From assembly GCA_038230235.1 (NCBI GenBank), contig JBBRNQ010000001.1:23918-87917 (forward strand): 64,000 bases of DNA, read 5' to 3'. The stretch comes from Actinomycetales bacterium. GTDB lineage: Bacteria; Actinomycetota; Actinomycetes; Actinomycetales; Dermatophilaceae. Of the stretch, positions 60,497 through 64,000 are shown in pieces. The translations under genes were made by a program, and so were the position numbers. The notes below the pieces were generated by a model that had not been told where the DNA came from, did not search any database, and was given only the letters and a program-made list of their open reading frames with translations. Within the stretch, counting starts at the first letter, position 1, and each line of letters starts with the position of its first letter.

Positions 60497-61591
60497 CTAG
60501 CGGGCGCGGGGATGGGCAGTGGCGTACACCTCGCGCAGGCGCTGCACCGAGACCATGGTGTAGATCTGCGTGGTGGTCACCGAGGCGTGGCCGAGCAGCT
60601 CCTGCACCACCCGCACGTCGGCACCCCCGTCGAGGAGGTGGGTCGCAAAGGAGTGCCGGAGCGTGTGGGGCGAGAGGTGGCCGGTCAGCCCGGCCCGCTC
60701 GGCTGCGGTCTGGATCACTGCCCACGCACTCTGCCTCGAGAGGCGGTTGCCGCGCTGGTTGACGAAGAGCGCAGGGGTCCCCGCTCCCCGCCCGGCGAGG
60801 TCGGGCCGGCTGCGCACCAGGTAGGCCGCCACGGCCTCCCTGGCGTACCGGCCGACGGGGACGATCCGCTCCTTGTCTCCCTTGCCGTGCAGGCGCACCG
60901 AGCCGGTACGACGCGCCTCTGGCGGGCCGCCGCCGACCAGCTCACCACCGTGGTCCTGACGGTCGTCGAGGTCGTCGAGGTCGTCGAGGTCGAGGCCCAC
61001 GGCCTCGCTGATCCGCGCTCCCACGCCGTAGAGCACCTCCAGCAGGGCCCGGTCGCGCAGGGCGAGCAGGGGATCGCCTCGCGACGCGCCGTCGAGGAGG
61101 CGCTCGACGTCACCGACGGGGATGGCCTTGGGCAGTCGTGACGGGGGCCTCGGCGGGCTGACGTCGCCCGCCGGATCGGTGGTGGTCACTCCCTCCAGGG
61201 CGAGGAACCGGTGCAGCCCCCGCACGGCCACGAGGGTGCGCGCGGCCGACGACGTCGACAACGGCTCCCGACCGGGGGCCTGCTCCCGCAGCGAGGCCAG
61301 GAAGTCCGTGACGTCACGCTCGGTGACCTCGGCTGCGGCGACCACACCGCGCTCGGCGAGGAAGCCCGCGTACCGCCTGAGGTCGCGCCGGTAGGAGCTG
61401 AGGGTGTTGGCAGCGGCACCCCGCTCGACCTCCAGGTGGTCGAGCCAGCCGCGCACCTGGCGTTCCATCGGCGTGTTCGGCACGGGCGGAGTGCTCGGCA
61501 CGGGCGGCGTGGTCGGCACGGGCGGCGTGGTCGGCACGGGCGGCGTGGTCGGCACGGGCGGCGTGGTCGGCACGGGCGGCGTGGTCGGCAC
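60497..61591 (-). CDS. xerD: Site-specific tyrosine recombinase XerD
   Basis: [34 protein letters not shown]; conserved position before parA-scpAB. TACCCT lies 6 nt before GTG 61591. Confidence 0.93.
   Translation of the reverse strand: MPTTPPVPTTPPVPTTPPVPTTPPVPTTPPVPSTPPVPNTPMERQVRGWLDHLEVERGAAANTLSSYRRDLRRYAGFLAERGVVAAAEVTERDVTDFLASLREQAPGREPLSTSSAARTLVAVRGLHRFLALEGVTTTDPAGDVSPPRPPSRLPKAIPVGDVERLLDGASRGDPLLALRDRALLEVLYGVGARISEAVGLDLDDLDDLDDRQDHGGELVGGGPPEARRTGSVRLHGKGDKERIVPVGRYAREAVAAYLVRSRPDLAGRGAGTPALFVNQRGNRLSRQSAWAVIQTAAERAGLTGHLSPHTLRHSFATHLLDGGADVRVVQELLGHASVTTTQIYTMVSVQRLREVYATAHPRAR
61469..61591 (-). repeat. 7 x 18-bp tandem repeat encoding VPTTPP
   Basis: Five perfect ggcacgggcggcgtggtc units plus two degenerate ones ([11 protein letters not shown]). 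Confidence 0.95.
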
Positions 61592-61654
61592 CCGTCGAGG
61601 GTAGCCGGGCGGGTCGTCGACGACCGGGCACCGTGGAGGTGGCCCGACCGGTGG

Positions 61655-61885
61655 TCAGGGCCGCCCGGGAAGGACGCAGAAGTCGTTTCCGGAGGGGTCT
61701 GCGTAGAGCCGCCACGGGAGGGCGCCCCACGAGGGGTGGAGCTCGCGGCCCCCGCGCTCGGTGATGCCGCCCGCCACGGCGTCGGGGTCGTCCCCGGTCT
61801 CGAGCCGGATGTCGAGGTGCAGCCGGTTCTTGCTCGTCCCCTTGGGTGCCGGCTCCCGGCTCCTGCGCGGCGGGAAGGGCCCGGC
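61655..61885 (-). pseudogene. 5'-truncated VOC/glyoxalase-like gene remnant (not in the ORF track)
   Basis: Manual translation gives ...EPAPKGTSKNRLHLDIRLETGDDPDAVAGGITERGGRELHPSWGALPWRLYADPSGNDFCVLPGRP*. There is an in-frame stop at 61904-61906 and no start codon upstream of the motifs. Confidence 0.75.
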
Positions 61886-61969
61886 TAGCGTGACCCTGGG
61901 GGGTCAGCCGTCCTCCGCGCCGCACGTGTCGGCCAGACCTCCCCCATCTCCCCCACCCCAGGAGCCTCG

Positions 61970-62440
61970 ATGACCGACCTGCCAGCCGAGCCCGCCCTCC
62001 CGCTGTCCCCGGCACCGGCTGCCGTGCGTGCCTGGCACGCCGTGGTCGCCGCCAACGACCCGGCGACGCGGGACCGCCTGCTGGCCGACCTGCTCGCACC
62101 CCACGTCGTCTTCCGGTCACCGGCCGTGCACACGCCCCAGGAGGGCCGCGACCTCACGACGGCCTACCTGCGGGCCGCCGTGGCCGTGCTGGGCCCCACC
62201 CTGCACTACGAGCGCCAGCTCGTGAGCCAGGACAGCGCCTGCCTGGAGTTCAGGGCCGATCTCGGCGGGATCCAGGTGCACGGCGTCGACCTGCTGCGGT
62301 GGGACGAGCACGACCACCTCGTCGAGTTCACCGTGATGGTGCGACCGCTCAAGGGCCTGACCACCCTGGTCGAGCTGATGCGGTCGCAGCTGGCGGCCCC
62401 CTCCCACGACCGCCCCTCCCGCCCCTCGGCTCCGGCGTGA
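61970..62440 (+). CDS. NTF2-like / SnoaL-like protein
   Basis: VVFRSPAVHTP, LEF, GVDLLRW, FTVMVRPLKG; AGGAG RBS. Confidence 0.85.
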   Translation: MTDLPAEPALPLSPAPAAVRAWHAVVAANDPATRDRLLADLLAPHVVFRSPAVHTPQEGRDLTTAYLRAAVAVLGPTLHYERQLVSQDSACLEFRADLGGIQVHGVDLLRWDEHDHLVEFTVMVRPLKGLTTLVELMRSQLAAPSHDRPSRPSAPA

Positions 62441-63075
62441 AGCTCTACTCCGACCTGCCCGGACGCCGGACGGCGCAGGTCACGTCCGACGCGCTGACCC
62501 TGGTCTGGGTCGGCGTGTGGGTGGAGGTGGGGCGGCGGGTGCACGACAACATCGCCCAGCTGCGGGGGACCGCCGACCAGCTCACCGGCGCCGGCACCTC
62601 CTTCGGCGGCAGCATGAGCGGCGCCGCCGAGCAGCTGGCCAGGGTGCCGCTGCTGGGTGACGAGGTACGGCGCCCCTTCGACGGTGCCGCCCTGAGCGCG
62701 CAGCAGCTCGCCCAGGCCGGCCGTGACATGCACTCCGCGGTCGACCGGGTTGCGGCCGTCCTCGGTGTCACCACCGCCCTGGTGCCGATCCTGCTGGTGG
62801 TAGCGACCTGGCTGGCGCTCCGCGTGCGCTTCGTCCGCCGGGCGAGCGCCGCGGCCCGCTTCATCGACGCGGACGCCGACCTCGACCTCTTCGCGCTGCG
62901 GGCGATGGCCCGCCAGCCGATGCACCGGCTGGCGGCCATCTCCGACGACCCTGCCGGGGCGTGGCGCGCAGGCGACGCCGACGTCGTCAGGCGCCTGGCG
63001 TTGCTGGAGCTGCGTTCGGTGGGTCTGCGGCCCCCCGGTCCACGGCCCCCCGGTCTGCGGACGGAGTCCGGATGA
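62437..63075 (+). CDS. Conserved actinobacterial membrane protein, function unknown
   Basis: GTGA-coupled start MKLYSDLPGRR; two hydrophobic segments; DLDLFALRA motif. Confidence 0.75.
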   Translation: MKLYSDLPGRRTAQVTSDALTLVWVGVWVEVGRRVHDNIAQLRGTADQLTGAGTSFGGSMSGAAEQLARVPLLGDEVRRPFDGAALSAQQLAQAGRDMHSAVDRVAAVLGVTTALVPILLVVATWLALRVRFVRRASAAARFIDADADLDLFALRAMARQPMHRLAAISDDPAGAWRAGDADVVRRLALLELRSVGLRPPGPRPPGLRTESG

Positions 63076-64000
63076 TCGCGGGGCGCAGGTCCTCCGCCGG
63101 GCAGTGCCACGAGGTGGCGTCGGCCGCCACCTGGCCACCCGACCGGATGTCCTTGACCGCGTCGGCCCCGGTCTCGGCGTCCGCCCCCGGGAACCAGACG
63201 TAGGGGATGCCGCGCCGCTCGGCGTACCTGATCTGCTTGCCGAACCGGGCCGCACTGGGAGCCACCTCGCAGGGGATGCCTCGGCGACGCAGTGCGGACG
63301 CGACCGCCGCCGAGCGGGGGCGGTCGTCGTCGGTGTTGAGGGCGACGAGCACAGCGGCCGGTGTCTTGCGCGAGGCCGTGAGCAGACCCCTGCCGATCAG
63401 GAGCCCCAGCAGTCGCGAGACGCCGATGGAGATCCCGACGCCGGGGTAGGTCGTGCGTCCGTCGGACGCGAGCGCGTCGTACCGACCGCCGGAGCAGAAG
63501 GAGCCCCAGTCCTCGAAGCCGACGAGCTGGGTCTCGTAGACCGTGCCGGTGTAGTAGTCGAGACCCCGCGCGACCCGCAGGTCGGCGACGATCCGGCCGG
63601 GTGCGTGCTCCATCCCCTGCCTGACCACCTCCGACAGGGCGTCGAGGCCGACGTCGAGCGTGGGGTGGGAGACCCCGAGCGCACGGACCCGCTCGACGAA
63701 GGAGAGGTCGGGAGTGCGGATGTCGGCCAGGGCCAGGGCGGTCGAGGCCTGCTCGGGCGTGGCTCCGGCCTCGAGCAGCAGCGTACGCACGGCCTCGACG
63801 CCGATCTTGTCGAGCTTGTCGACGATGCGCAGAGCCTGGATGACACCGACCGACCCGTCGAGCCCGGTCCCCCGGTAGATCCCCTCGGGAATCATCCGGT
63901 TGTTGACCTGGATCACGAAGTCACCGACGGGGAAGCGAGAGAAGACGTCGGCGACGACCAGCGGCAGCTCGGACTCGAAGTGCCCCGCCAGCTCGCCCAC
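62987..64000 (-). CDS. hisS: Histidine-tRNA ligase (5' part outside window)
   Basis: RGLDYYTG, SGGRYD, GISIGVSR, GKQIRYA anticodon-binding domain. Confidence 0.96.
   Translation of the reverse strand: MGELAGHFESELPLVVADVFSRFPVGDFVIQVNNRMIPEGIYRGTGLDGSVGVIQALRIVDKLDKIGVEAVRTLLLEAGATPEQASTALALADIRTPDLSFVERVRALGVSHPTLDVGLDALSEVVRQGMEHAPGRIVADLRVARGLDYYTGTVYETQLVGFEDWGSFCSGGRYDALASDGRTTYPGVGISIGVSRLLGLLIGRGLLTASRKTPAAVLVALNTDDDRPRSAAVASALRRRGIPCEVAPSAARFGKQIRYAERRGIPYVWFPGADAETGADAVKDIRSGGQVAADATSWHCPAEDLRPAIIRTPSADRGAVDRGAADPPNAAPATPGA

Noticed and set aside
60497-61591. Phage or mobile-element integrase
   Set aside because: Sequence and context (parA-scpA-scpB-rluB) fit chromosomal XerD.

Overview
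High-GC actinobacterial chromosome segment. Gene content and order resemble Micrococcales/Intrasporangiaceae-like organisms (inference). From left to right it carries: a 5'-truncated acetoacetate-CoA ligase, bioY, a secreted LamG-like protein, a urease operon (fused ureAB, ureC, ureF, ureG, ureD, cupin; no ureE), an MGT-family glycosyltransferase, a three-gene operon of unknown function, a beta-oxidation cluster with a double-TetR regulator, several small enzymes, a RES/Xre-type toxin-antitoxin pair, a GCS2-family ligase, sbcDC, threonine aldolase, gcvP under a singleton glycine riboswitch, the conserved pgsA2-DUF881-sbp-DUF881-gcvH-garA-merR-DUF151-merR block, a C4-dicarboxylate block (DASS transporter, sdhCAB, fumC) next to tRNA-Pro(GGG), the conserved xerD-parA-scpA-scpB-rluB-tyrA-cmk-plsC-der block, a glyoxalase gene remnant and the 3' part of hisS. 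The best candidate for an undescribed system is the operon at 9800-12104. The extreme C-terminus of a two-TM membrane protein and the extreme N-terminus of the next, translationally coupled 112-aa protein carry the same ~20-aa G/N/V-rich motif (YANNGNGVMNVGGVMGDVVAG vs YSNGDGVMNIGGAMGNVVAG). This is the architecture expected of RHIM/BASS-like amyloid signalling pairs, but no NLR is present. All product calls come from motif recognition by eye; no database searches were run.
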